Assembly: GCA_016183985.1 (NCBI GenBank)
Contig: JACPDN010000005.1
Location: forward strand, 312,901 to 376,900
Origin: Pseudomonadota bacterium
Lineage (GTDB): Bacteria; Pseudomonadota; Alphaproteobacteria; Dongiales; Dongiaceae
DNA: 64,000 nucleotides
Direction of reading: 5' to 3'
The notes under the pieces were generated by a model. The model saw nothing but the letters and a program-made list of their open reading frames with translations, was not told where the DNA came from and ran no database searches. Positions within the stretch are counted from its first letter, which is position 1, and every line of letters begins with the position of its first letter. A program made the translations under genes and the position numbers. Below, piece after piece: positions 8,689-17,999 of this stretch.

Positions 8689-9756
8689 ATGAAGATTAAG
8701 ATCGGCTTGGCCGGCGCCGCCCTGCTCGCCCTCGCCCTCATCGGCCCGGCTGCCGCCAAGACCAAGAATCCGCTGCAGCCCCCGCCACCGGCCGTGCCGG
8801 TCGGTGATGTCGATGCTCAGCCCCTCGAAGCTCTCACGCCGCCGACGCTCGAAGGCACCGGTCAGGCCATTGATGGCGATGAGATCGCGATCGGCGATGT
8901 GATCTTCCAGCTCGATGGCATTGCTGCCCCGCTTATGACTGCGCCGATGGGTCCGGAAGCGCGTGTCGCCTTGCAGGCACTCATCGACGGTCAGCGCCTC
9001 ACTTGCAACGTGCTCGATCGCGGCGAGGATGCGAAGCATCTATCCGGCGTTTGCAAGATCGGCGATGACGATGTCGCCGAAGCCTTGCTGGCCGGTGGCA
9101 TGGCGGCAGTCTATCGGCAGACGACCTCGCCGAATGCCGAAGAGCGCGAGCGCGCGGCGCGTTATGACGCTGCCGAAACCGAGGCCCGCGGCCGCAATCT
9201 GGGTCTTTGGACAAGGCCGGCATCGGAAGAGGCGAAGATCGAGCAGGCCCCGCCTACACAAGAGCCGGCGATGGACCGCGATCTCTTGCGCGGCTGGCTT
9301 ATTCAGATTCCGATCGTTGCCTTCCTCGCCCTTGCGGGGCTTGTTGCGCTTGTCGTGAACAGCTATCGGAACCGAGCGGAGGACAAGGCGGTCGAAGCGG
9401 AAAGCCAGGCACTTCTTGCCATCCTGCTGGGCGAAGTGCTGGCCGTGCGCGCGGCGGCACAGGCGGCGGTCGACGGCACCGCCAACCTCATCCAGGATTT
9501 ACCGATTCCAACAGCACAACTGGCGAGCCTCGCCTTGCCACCAATGACAGTGTTCGAGGCCAATGCCGACAAGCTTGCCTCGCTGCCGCGCGAGGTGTCG
9601 GTGGATATGGTGCAGTTCCATGCCCGACACAAGATCGTCGCCAAAGTTCTGTCGCAGGCGTCGACCTTGCGCTGCGAGCAGCTGCGGGCGGCCTTCGAGG
9701 CCCTGGTCCAGGCCGCGGACGAACCGATGCAACGGGCGGAAAAGCTGCTTGGCTAG
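8689..9756 (+). CDS. Secreted/membrane thermonuclease (SNase-like) domain protein with TM helix and helical C-terminal domain
   Basis: Signal peptide; AIDGDEI, LDGIAAP, ALLAGGMA, AETEARGRNLGLW match the SNase fold; TM WLIQIPIVAFLALAGLVALVV. Confidence 0.75.
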   Translation: MKIKIGLAGAALLALALIGPAAAKTKNPLQPPPPAVPVGDVDAQPLEALTPPTLEGTGQAIDGDEIAIGDVIFQLDGIAAPLMTAPMGPEARVALQALIDGQRLTCNVLDRGEDAKHLSGVCKIGDDDVAEALLAGGMAAVYRQTTSPNAEERERAARYDAAETEARGRNLGLWTRPASEEAKIEQAPPTQEPAMDRDLLRGWLIQIPIVAFLALAGLVALVVNSYRNRAEDKAVEAESQALLAILLGEVLAVRAAAQAAVDGTANLIQDLPIPTAQLASLALPPMTVFEANADKLASLPREVSVDMVQFHARHKIVAKVLSQASTLRCEQLRAAFEALVQAADEPMQRAEKLLG

Positions 9757-10637
9757 GTGTGCTGCGGATAGCGGCGCTCGAGGTAACGCGCGAGCGCCGT
9801 GAGCAGGATCAGGATCGCCATGTATTCGAGCGCCAGGAAGGTATAGATCTCCATCGGATGGAGAATTTGGGTCTGGGATAGCATCGCCCGCCGCGTGATC
9901 TCCATGACGCCGATGGCACCTCCGAGTGACGAATCCTTGACGACCGAGATGAACTGGCTGGTCATCGGCGGCAGCATGCGCCGGACGGCCTGGGGCAGGA
10001 TGATCCGGCGCATCAGCAGCGGCCGCGACATGCCGAAAGCAAAGCCCGCGTCGATCTGTTGCTTCGAGACGCTTTCAATGCCAGCGCGGAAAATCTCGAC
10101 CAGAAAGGCGCCGGCGTTGAGCGAGAGGCCAATGCAGGCCGCCGTGAAAGGCGTCATCTGGCTGAGCATGTCGAGTCCCGGCAGGGAACGCAGATTGTCC
10201 GGCAGTTCACTGATCGCGATCGGCAGCGCGTAATACATCCAGAGCAGCAGGACAAAGAGCGGCACCATGCGGAAGCCTTCCACATAGAGCCAGACCGCGC
10301 GCTGCACCGAACGGTGCCTGCTGCGCGAGAGGATTGCCCCCAGCAGTCCGATGACCGAGCCGCAGGCGATCGCATAAAGCGAGAGCAGCAAGGTGAACTG
10401 AAAACCCGCCGTCAGGAACCAGAAATACTTGTCGCCGGTCGGAGTGCCTGGCGTAAGCGGCGTCCAGTCGCCGCAGCCGGTCAGCAGGAGCGCCAAGAGC
10501 GTTGCGGCAGCGGGACTTGCCGCACGGCGTACGGCCGCAGAGGACCGGCCCGGCCCCAACTGGCCAAGATGCGTCGACGATAAGCCCAAGGAATGGTTCC
10601 CGCAAAGAAGGCGCCCAATGGCGCATCGTGGTGTCAT
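9753..10637 (-). CDS. Polar amino acid ABC transporter permease
   Basis: YVEGFRMVPLFV, GLSLNAGAFLVEIFRAGIESV (EAA-like loop), RRIILPQAVRR, SVVKDSSL; start uncertain. Confidence 0.88.
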   Translation of the reverse strand: MTPRCAIGRLLCGNHSLGLSSTHLGQLGPGRSSAAVRRAASPAAATLLALLLTGCGDWTPLTPGTPTGDKYFWFLTAGFQFTLLLSLYAIACGSVIGLLGAILSRSRHRSVQRAVWLYVEGFRMVPLFVLLLWMYYALPIAISELPDNLRSLPGLDMLSQMTPFTAACIGLSLNAGAFLVEIFRAGIESVSKQQIDAGFAFGMSRPLLMRRIILPQAVRRMLPPMTSQFISVVKDSSLGGAIGVMEITRRAMLSQTQILHPMEIYTFLALEYMAILILLTALARYLERRYPQHT

Positions 10638-10793
10638 AGCAGTACACGCCGGGAATTCAACCTACCTATACGTGCGTATTGTTAACACTTTCCCGTTTTG
10701 AGATTGTCACTTTTACTTGTACACTCCGAGTATTCTCTACCTTCCATAACATATCGATCTGCGCGAACGCAGACTCATGACGGGGAGGATCGC

Positions 10794-12605
10794 ATGGCAT
10801 CACAGCCAGAATTGCGTCGCACTTGGCGTTTGCTCATTTGCACCACAGCTTTGATCAGCTTGTACGGCTGCGGCTTGCCGCTCTATCTCCACAAGGATTC
10901 ATACGAGAAAGAAACGGCGGAAGTGAAGAAGACCGTCGACGATCTCGAAGTCGAGGCCGGCTACAAAAACCTGATCGCCGACGCGAAGGAAATTGCGGGG
11001 CTGGAGGACAGCGCCGTCACCGATGCCACGATCGCAAGACGCAATGCCGAGTTGGTCAGGTTGATCGAGCCCTTTCCAGGCGACGCAGGCGCGGCTTCGC
11101 AAAAAAATGGGGCCGCCACCTTATTCTACTCAGCACTTGAAGCCGATATTGCGACCCTTGTCAGCGGCAAGACAACGCTCGTCGACGAAGATACCGACAA
11201 AATCAGCGCGGCCCAGTTGGAGCGGGTTTTTGCCAGCGCGAACGATCGGGAAGCCGACGTCGCCCAATTCATTCAAGGATTGCGTTCGATCTATGCGATC
11301 AAGACCGCCCACCAGGGCGAGATCGAGGTTCCGGCTTGGACCTGTGAAAGTCCGGAGATCGCAAAGGCCGATCCGGCATCGATACAGCCACCGCTGAACC
11401 CCGTCCCTCCCGAGGCGGCTGCCGACCGCGACACCGAGACCGTAGAGATGTTTCAGGCCCGCCTCGCGCGAAACAAGGCCGGTCTCAATCTGAGGTGTCA
11501 GAACCGGAGCGATGCTTGGAACGCCCGGGCCACCTTCCTTAAGATGCTTGGAGCGGAAGACAAGTTGCCTGAGACGGTGGGCAATGTCCCCAAAACAGCC
11601 GCAGATCTTTATGCAAAACTAGCGCAGCGGCAGTGGTTCATCCGAGATGCCGAGAAGTTGCGCGCCGATCTCGAAAAACTGCTGGGGAAAGTGTTCAAGA
11701 AGGACGACAAATCCGCCATTCTGTCCGCCATCGAGAACGTGAAGAAGATTCTGCCGGAGGCGAACGCCTTGGCGCAGGCCGCTGGCTGGAAAACGTTACT
11801 GACCTATACGCAATGCGGCCTGGCTGCCGAATTGCTCGCGCTCAGTGCGAGCGACGAAACGGGCAGCGATGCGGCAGGCGACAGCAAAGCGCGCGAAAGT
11901 GTCGCGAATTCCATCGCAGGCACGGAGAAATCCGTCGATGGCGCAGACAAGAGCAAGGAGACGACCATTGCTTGCGAAGCGGGAAAGTCGGGCATCCAGG
12001 TCGGCAAGGATGGCGAAGCCAATCCGTTGATCCTGGATGTCGCACATGTAATTCTCGGTGTCGAGCATGACACCAAGACGCTCAAGATGCTGGAGCGCCT
12101 GAACGCCGAAATCATGGCGATTGCAGAACTGCGCCAGCAAGCCGAGGTTGCTGACGCTCAGGCTCGCTTCGGCGGCGTCAATATCCAATTGCAGAAGGCA
12201 CGACTCCACGCATTGTTGGAGCAACTACGCCTGGTCAAGGCGTCGAGGACGGCATTGAAGGCACTTACGTCCGTCCAGAAGCCTGGATCGCAAACAGATA
12301 AGGCATCGCTGACGGATTTCAAGGCGAATGCCCAAGACTACTATCATGTCGCTGCCGCGCTCACTGACTATGCTCAGTCTTGGGACAGCGGCCGCATTCC
12401 GGTTGCGTTGCTGAACTATCGTGTGCTTCAAGCCAGGCGCAATCATGACATCGAACTCGCCACCATTACGGCGAAAAACTACAAGGAACTGCTAAAGCCA
12501 ATCGTCGATGCCTTGGCCGCCTATGGTGCCGGGGGAATTCCGGCCGAGTTGCTGGGCCAGCTCCTGGGCAACGCAGCAATCATTGCAGGTATTGGTACGC
12601 TTTGA
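10794..12605 (+). CDS. Hypothetical alpha-helical lipoprotein (~600 aa)
   Basis: GGGGAGG RBS before ATG 10794; lipobox LYGC; Ala/Leu-rich helical pattern; hydrophobic Gly-rich C-terminus; no family recognised. Confidence 0.7.
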   Translation: MASQPELRRTWRLLICTTALISLYGCGLPLYLHKDSYEKETAEVKKTVDDLEVEAGYKNLIADAKEIAGLEDSAVTDATIARRNAELVRLIEPFPGDAGAASQKNGAATLFYSALEADIATLVSGKTTLVDEDTDKISAAQLERVFASANDREADVAQFIQGLRSIYAIKTAHQGEIEVPAWTCESPEIAKADPASIQPPLNPVPPEAAADRDTETVEMFQARLARNKAGLNLRCQNRSDAWNARATFLKMLGAEDKLPETVGNVPKTAADLYAKLAQRQWFIRDAEKLRADLEKLLGKVFKKDDKSAILSAIENVKKILPEANALAQAAGWKTLLTYTQCGLAAELLALSASDETGSDAAGDSKARESVANSIAGTEKSVDGADKSKETTIACEAGKSGIQVGKDGEANPLILDVAHVILGVEHDTKTLKMLERLNAEIMAIAELRQQAEVADAQARFGGVNIQLQKARLHALLEQLRLVKASRTALKALTSVQKPGSQTDKASLTDFKANAQDYYHVAAALTDYAQSWDSGRIPVALLNYRVLQARRNHDIELATITAKNYKELLKPIVDALAAYGAGGIPAELLGQLLGNAAIIAGIGTL

Positions 12606-12617
12606 CAGGAGACCGCT

Positions 12618-13484
12618 ATGACCAAGACGACATTGTATTCCCCTGCCTTGCTGTTGGCCGTCATGCTGTATGGTTGCGCCGGCGAGGACGATGCCCAACG
12701 CTTGGCTGCGAAGGCCTCGACGAGCGTCACTGATCTGAAGCTCCATGTCGACCGAACGATGGGCGACTATCAATTTGCGCGGACCGAAGATTATGATCGG
12801 TTGTCGGCCCTCAAAGCCTTGGCCGTTGATACCGACAGTCAGACTAATGCTAGAGCGACGACCTGGGATGTCGTCGGCGACAAGGTAAAATCGGACCTGC
12901 TCAAGACCTATAAGACAATGACGCCCAAATCCGCACTAAGCGCGTCGGCAGCGTCCATCTTGATTGAACCGGTTCCACCTTTCAAACCGACGTCGCTGGA
13001 CGAGAAGGCCATGAATAGCTTGGTTGCCAAGCTTGGCAGTCTGGCAAAGGATCCTACGCTCGTAAGCCGTCTGGTCGGCGCGACCGATTACTTCCTGAAG
13101 GTTCAGGCGGCATACAATAAGACGGTGGAAAATTCTCAAAATAAGCCCGCCGGATCGACAAAGATCGGCAGCACCAAATCCGGCGCAGGTAATGCACTTG
13201 CCGTCACGATGGCCGAGGCGACACCGGACAAGGGCGCGGATAGCGCTGACCTGACAAGCTATCTGGAGGCCTCTTCGGTCGAAGAAGCAACCTTCCGGAC
13301 AATGGCAGACAAAGCAGCGGCAACCAAAGAGTCGAAGCCGATCGATCCGACACAATTATCCTTCATGGCCGCAGCACCCAAGCCACCCGCCAAACCGGCC
13401 GCACCACCATTGGACTTGTCGGGCGAGCGCAGCAGTGCATCGGTGACCGACCAGTTGATTCAAGACCTCTTTCCGGCACCATGA
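12618..13484 (+). CDS. Hypothetical lipoprotein (288 aa)
   Basis: CAGGAG RBS; lipobox MLYGC; Pro/Ala-rich C-terminus; stop overlaps the next start (ATGA). Confidence 0.7.
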   Translation: MTKTTLYSPALLLAVMLYGCAGEDDAQRLAAKASTSVTDLKLHVDRTMGDYQFARTEDYDRLSALKALAVDTDSQTNARATTWDVVGDKVKSDLLKTYKTMTPKSALSASAASILIEPVPPFKPTSLDEKAMNSLVAKLGSLAKDPTLVSRLVGATDYFLKVQAAYNKTVENSQNKPAGSTKIGSTKSGAGNALAVTMAEATPDKGADSADLTSYLEASSVEEATFRTMADKAAATKESKPIDPTQLSFMAAAPKPPAKPAAPPLDLSGERSSASVTDQLIQDLFPAP

Positions 13485-15160
13485 CGGTCCGCTGCGCGGC
13501 CATGCCAAACCGGCGACGCTTTTTGAGCGGCGGCGCTTCGTTGCTGGCGACATCCTATGCGGGAGCGTGCCAGCTCCGACTGCCACAGGTGCCGCCAGAA
13601 TTGGCTGAGATGATCGATGTCCATGCGCATATGTTCAATGCCAGCGACTTGCCGGTAGAGAGATTCATCCGCCTGGTCTTTCTGAAGCTGGATTTGCCGT
13701 CCGATGGCAATGACGCAAAGAAGCTGCGCAACGAGGACTATGTCGATGCGCTCATCCGGTTACTGATCAAGTTGCTTGGCGCCGAGCGGGCGCCGACCGC
13801 CGTTGCGGAAATTCGCGTGTTGGAGGGCCTCGCGAAGCCAGCGACCGAAAGCAGCGAAAACGAGATTGAGAGGACATTTGTTCGGAGGCTGGCGACTTAT
13901 CTGGAGGACAACGCCGCCATCCAAGACATGGAGAGTCCGGCCGGTAATGGCGACAAGGCAGTGCGGGACGATCTCATGGAAGCCGGAGGAACATCGCCGG
14001 CGACCGATGAGGCGGCCAGTACAATGCGGTTGGGCGGGTTTCGCGCCATCGCCGCAAATGCATTCCTGTCCAACACCTTCGTCGGGCGTGCACTACGCTG
14101 GTTCGCCCTCTTCAAGATGTATCGGCATGCCTTGGTCGATCGCTGGATCCGGGACCAACGCGCATTAGGCGCCAAGCCGCTGCTGGTGGCGCCCGCCACC
14201 ATCGACTTTTCCTGCTGGCTGCAGCAGAAGGTCGATTCCAAGCTTTCCGATCAGGCACGGGTCATGGGCCTGATCGCCGCCCAACGCAAGGACGTTGCCG
14301 TCCACGGCTACATCGCTTTCGACCCGTTGCGCGCCGCCTATTTCAGGCACAACCTGCCCGAAGCTGAGTTCGATCCGCTCTCTGTCGTGCGCGAATCGCT
14401 GACTCATCATGGCTTTCTGGGTGTAAAGCTCTATCCGCCGATGGGGTTCAAACCGTGGAACAACAGCAGCAGCGGGCAGGCAGATTTCCCACCCCATGTT
14501 CGCCAACGGCTCAGCAATATCGGCGCCGAGCTCGACCAGTCGTTGCAGGCTCTCTACGAATTGTGCGAGGAGCTGGACGCTCCAATTCTGGCACATGCGA
14601 CAGACTCGAACAGTTCGCATGAAGGCTATGAGATGCGGGCCGATCCATATTATTGGCGATCGGTCTTCGACAATTGCCAGCGCTTACGCGTGTGTCTCGG
14701 ACATTTCGGCCGCTTCAGGGCGAAGTCTGCCGGGTCAAATGTGACGACGATGCCCGCGGCAAGCTGGGAGTGGAATCTGGGGGCATATCTCCTGGAACAT
14801 GGCGAGGCGCCGATCTATGCCGATCTCAGCTTCTGGTCGGAGGCACTAGCAGAAAACGGCACTGCCCGGCGCGAACTCGCCAAGAATCTGACGGATTTCA
14901 TTCATGCCTTCGACCCGGACTTGCGCCACCTGATGTTTGGGACGGACTGGATCATGGTCGGCATCATCAAGGACTACCAGGCCTATGCGCAGTCGATCAT
15001 TCGCTTCCTGCGAGAAGATTGCGCGCTTGGCGACGCTGAGGTGTACGCGATCATGGTCGGCAATGCACGGCGTTTCCTGGGGTTGAGTGAAGGCAGCGGC
15101 GCCTATCGCCGCCTGCAGGCCTTCCATGCCATCAACGGCCGCGACATGCCGTCTCTATAA
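13481..15160 (+). CDS. Amidohydrolase_2-family metallohydrolase with Tat signal and lipobox
   Basis: NRRRFL Tat motif then YAGAC lipobox; IDVHAH, GFLGVKLYPPMGF, PILAHA, CLGHFG, MFGTDW metal-centre motifs. Confidence 0.82.
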   Translation: MTVRCAAMPNRRRFLSGGASLLATSYAGACQLRLPQVPPELAEMIDVHAHMFNASDLPVERFIRLVFLKLDLPSDGNDAKKLRNEDYVDALIRLLIKLLGAERAPTAVAEIRVLEGLAKPATESSENEIERTFVRRLATYLEDNAAIQDMESPAGNGDKAVRDDLMEAGGTSPATDEAASTMRLGGFRAIAANAFLSNTFVGRALRWFALFKMYRHALVDRWIRDQRALGAKPLLVAPATIDFSCWLQQKVDSKLSDQARVMGLIAAQRKDVAVHGYIAFDPLRAAYFRHNLPEAEFDPLSVVRESLTHHGFLGVKLYPPMGFKPWNNSSSGQADFPPHVRQRLSNIGAELDQSLQALYELCEELDAPILAHATDSNSSHEGYEMRADPYYWRSVFDNCQRLRVCLGHFGRFRAKSAGSNVTTMPAASWEWNLGAYLLEHGEAPIYADLSFWSEALAENGTARRELAKNLTDFIHAFDPDLRHLMFGTDWIMVGIIKDYQAYAQSIIRFLREDCALGDAEVYAIMVGNARRFLGLSEGSGAYRRLQAFHAINGRDMPSL

Positions 15161-15165
15161 AACAA

Positions 15166-15195
15166 ACCGGCCCAGTTCATGCGAGCTGGGCCGGT
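15166..15195. terminator. Stem-loop between convergent genes (T-tract on the minus strand)
   Basis: ACCGGCCCAG / CTGGGCCGGT; the minus strand continues TTGTTTT. Confidence 0.7.
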
Positions 15196-15221
15196 CTTGC
15201 TACGCCGCAAATGGTAAACGC

Positions 15222-16022
15222 TCAGCTGCCCGCGATCCATTTGGCAAAGAGGGCATCGAAGAACCCAGACTGAACCTTCATGGTGACCCAGGTGTCGAGC
15301 CAGTTGCGCCAGATGTAGTCGCCACGGACCGTCATCATCGCATTGGGCTGGCCTTCGATGGCGTGGGTCGGATCGACCGCGACGAGCTTATCGGAATACT
15401 GCGCCAGCGCCTTCTTGATGAAGACGGTGTCGGTGATGGCGGCATCGACCTTGCCGGCGAGCAGTTCCTGATAGTCGAGGGCCGGCGCCACGATCGGCAC
15501 GATCTCGGCTTTGGTGAAGTTCTTCTTGGCCGATTCCTCGGCCGACGTGCCGGACTGGACTGCGATGCGGATGCCTTCCTTGTCGAGGTCGCGCCAGGCC
15601 GCGTATTTCGCGCCGTCCTTGGTCTGAACCAGCGGCACCAGCGGTGAATCGAGATATGGTGCCGAGAAGCCGATGCTCTTCAGGCGGTCCAGGGTCAGCG
15701 TGATGCCGGACGCAGCCACGTCATACTTCCCAGCCTGGATGCCGGCGGCCAGTGTTTCCCAGGTAGTCGGAACGAATTCGACCTTCACACCGAGATCGGC
15801 CGCGAGCTGGGTAACGACGTCGATCTCGTAGCCCTTATAGGCGTTGCTGCTGGTGTCGAGTTCGGAATACGGCGGGTAGTCTCCCGTGGTGCCGACCCGC
15901 AGCGTGCCACGCTCGAGAATCTGGTCCAAAAGGGACTTCGCTTCGTCAGCCTTGGCCTGGATCGGCAGGGCCACGGCAATCGCCATGAGCCCGGCGGCCA
16001 AGCCGCTCAGAAATTTCCACAT
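15222..16022 (-). CDS. Amino acid ABC substrate-binding protein (SBP family 3, PheC/cyclohexadienyl dehydratase-like clade)
   Basis: Signal peptide; LDQILERGTLRVGTTGDYPPYS, VEFVPTTW, KYDVAASGITLTLDR. Confidence 0.85.
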   Translation of the reverse strand: MWKFLSGLAAGLMAIAVALPIQAKADEAKSLLDQILERGTLRVGTTGDYPPYSELDTSSNAYKGYEIDVVTQLAADLGVKVEFVPTTWETLAAGIQAGKYDVAASGITLTLDRLKSIGFSAPYLDSPLVPLVQTKDGAKYAAWRDLDKEGIRIAVQSGTSAEESAKKNFTKAEIVPIVAPALDYQELLAGKVDAAITDTVFIKKALAQYSDKLVAVDPTHAIEGQPNAMMTVRGDYIWRNWLDTWVTMKVQSGFFDALFAKWIAGS

Positions 16023-16267
16023 TTATGTCTCCCTGGAGAATGGTTTCGTCCATGGATAGCGCGACAGAGGCCGCGTGCCAAGGAAAAGACCTACAGAAAT
16101 TCTCGTCTTTTCCGCGAATCTGAGACTATATTCTTACAAAAAAACCACACCCTTTGCGGTCGGGTTTCACAGCTTGTTAACGGCAAGACCCCGAGTATTG
16201 CGGCGAGCAAGCTAGCTAATACGTCCAACTTTATAATCTAGTCCGTGAGACAATCAGGATTGGGACC

Positions 16268-17989
16268 ATGGCCGTTCCTTTGACCGAACGATTGCGCGAG
16301 GAACGAGACCGCTTTGTCGGCTTCGCCTTTTCCAATGCCGATGTGCTGGTGGAAATGGACGAAACCAGCAAGATCCTATGGGCCGGCGGCGCCATTAAAT
16401 CGATCTTGGGGATCGAGACCGCCGACATTACGGGCAAACCGCTTTCCGACCTTCTGGCAACGCCGGATGCCATCCTGCTCAAAAGCGCTTTGCGCAACCT
16501 GATGCCAGGACAGCGCCGCCGCGACCTCAATCTGGTACTGGCCGATGCCGCTCATCCCCCATGCGGCGGCGACGATGGCGAGAAGCGCCTGACGATCTCG
16601 ACCTGCATCAACCGATCGCTGAAGAAGGACCAGCCTCATTATTTCCTGAGTATCAGCAACGCGGCGCTGAACGCGCTGCCTCATAGCGGCGCGCGCCGCC
16701 GGGACCGTGTCACGGGCCTCACCGAAGCCGTCGAGTTTACCTATGCCGCCTCGCGTGCTGTGCAGGAGGCCCGTAAATCGGGCAAGTCCGCCTGCCTGAC
16801 GCTGCTTGAAATCTGCGAGATCGACGCGTTGAACAAGGTCATGGGGCCGCAACGCGCGGAATCTCTCATGGCCGAGATTGGCGCGCAGTTGAAGCTGCAC
16901 GCATTGGACCCGAATTCCGCCACCAAACTTGGTGATGGCAAATTCGGCGTGACCCATCTGGAAAGTACCGACCCGAACCTCATCGTCGCTGCCATCAACC
17001 GCGTGGGCGATGCCTACGATCTGGCCCCCGAGACGATGCATGCCGCGGGGAAGACCATTTCATTCCAGGGCAGTTCGCTGGCAGAAGACGACGTCGAAAG
17101 CATCCTCTCCTACGTCGTCGGAAAGTTCTCCAGCGAAGGCATCAACAATTTCGATGCCAGCGCGGCAGATCAATACTTCAAACGCATGACGGCGGAGGTG
17201 CTGAGCCGCGTCGTCGCCATGCGCGACCTTATCCACCAGCACCGCATCAACCTGCATTTCCAGCCCATCGTCCGTTTGCAGGATCGCACGCCCCATCATT
17301 ATGAAGTCCTGTTGCGCTTCGAGGACGGCAGGTCACCCTTTGCCGACGTCATGTTCGCGGAAGAGATCAACATTGTTCACGAGCTGGATCTGGCGGTCGC
17401 CTATGGTGCGATCAACCGCATCTCCCAATCCGCCGCCAAGGATGTGGATTTGCGCCTGGCCGTCAACATGTCGGCGCGGTCGCTGCTCAACGACAACTTC
17501 CTCAGCATGTTCGATGAATTGGCCGGGAAACTGGGGCAGCAACGTAGCAACCTCATCGTCGAGGTAACGGAATCAGCAAAGCTCGACGATCTGCCGAAAG
17601 CCGCCATTGCCGTCAACCGCCTGCGCGACGCAGGGCATTTGGTATGTCTCGACGATTTCGGTGCGGGTGCATCGTCCCTGCCCTATCTGCAGCAATTGCA
17701 GGTGGATTTCGTCAAGATCGACGGTGCCTATATCAAAAGCATTACGGAATCGCTGCGTGAGCGGGCCATCGTGCAAGGCGTGCTGACCACCTGCCGCTGC
17801 CTCAACATCAAGACCGTAGCCGAAATGATCGAGAATGAAGATCAACACAAATGCCTGCTGGATCTCGGCACCGATCTGGGCCAGGGCTGGCTGTACGGCC
17901 GACCATCTCCGGACATTCCTGTGCCGGATGCGAGTGGTGGTGCAGCACGTCTTGGCAAACGCCGCGGCGCCAAGGATCAGTGGGGCTAG
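16268..17989 (+). CDS. PAS-like + degenerate GGDEF + EAL domain protein (probable c-di-GMP phosphodiesterase)
   Basis: HFQPIV, YEVLLR, LAVNMS, EVTES, LDDFGAG, KIDG, VAEMIE, GQGWLYGRP; GGDEF replaced by LGDGKF. Confidence 0.88.
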   Translation: MAVPLTERLREERDRFVGFAFSNADVLVEMDETSKILWAGGAIKSILGIETADITGKPLSDLLATPDAILLKSALRNLMPGQRRRDLNLVLADAAHPPCGGDDGEKRLTISTCINRSLKKDQPHYFLSISNAALNALPHSGARRRDRVTGLTEAVEFTYAASRAVQEARKSGKSACLTLLEICEIDALNKVMGPQRAESLMAEIGAQLKLHALDPNSATKLGDGKFGVTHLESTDPNLIVAAINRVGDAYDLAPETMHAAGKTISFQGSSLAEDDVESILSYVVGKFSSEGINNFDASAADQYFKRMTAEVLSRVVAMRDLIHQHRINLHFQPIVRLQDRTPHHYEVLLRFEDGRSPFADVMFAEEINIVHELDLAVAYGAINRISQSAAKDVDLRLAVNMSARSLLNDNFLSMFDELAGKLGQQRSNLIVEVTESAKLDDLPKAAIAVNRLRDAGHLVCLDDFGAGASSLPYLQQLQVDFVKIDGAYIKSITESLRERAIVQGVLTTCRCLNIKTVAEMIENEDQHKCLLDLGTDLGQGWLYGRPSPDIPVPDASGGAARLGKRRGAKDQWG

Positions 17990-17999
17990 GCGAGAGCCT

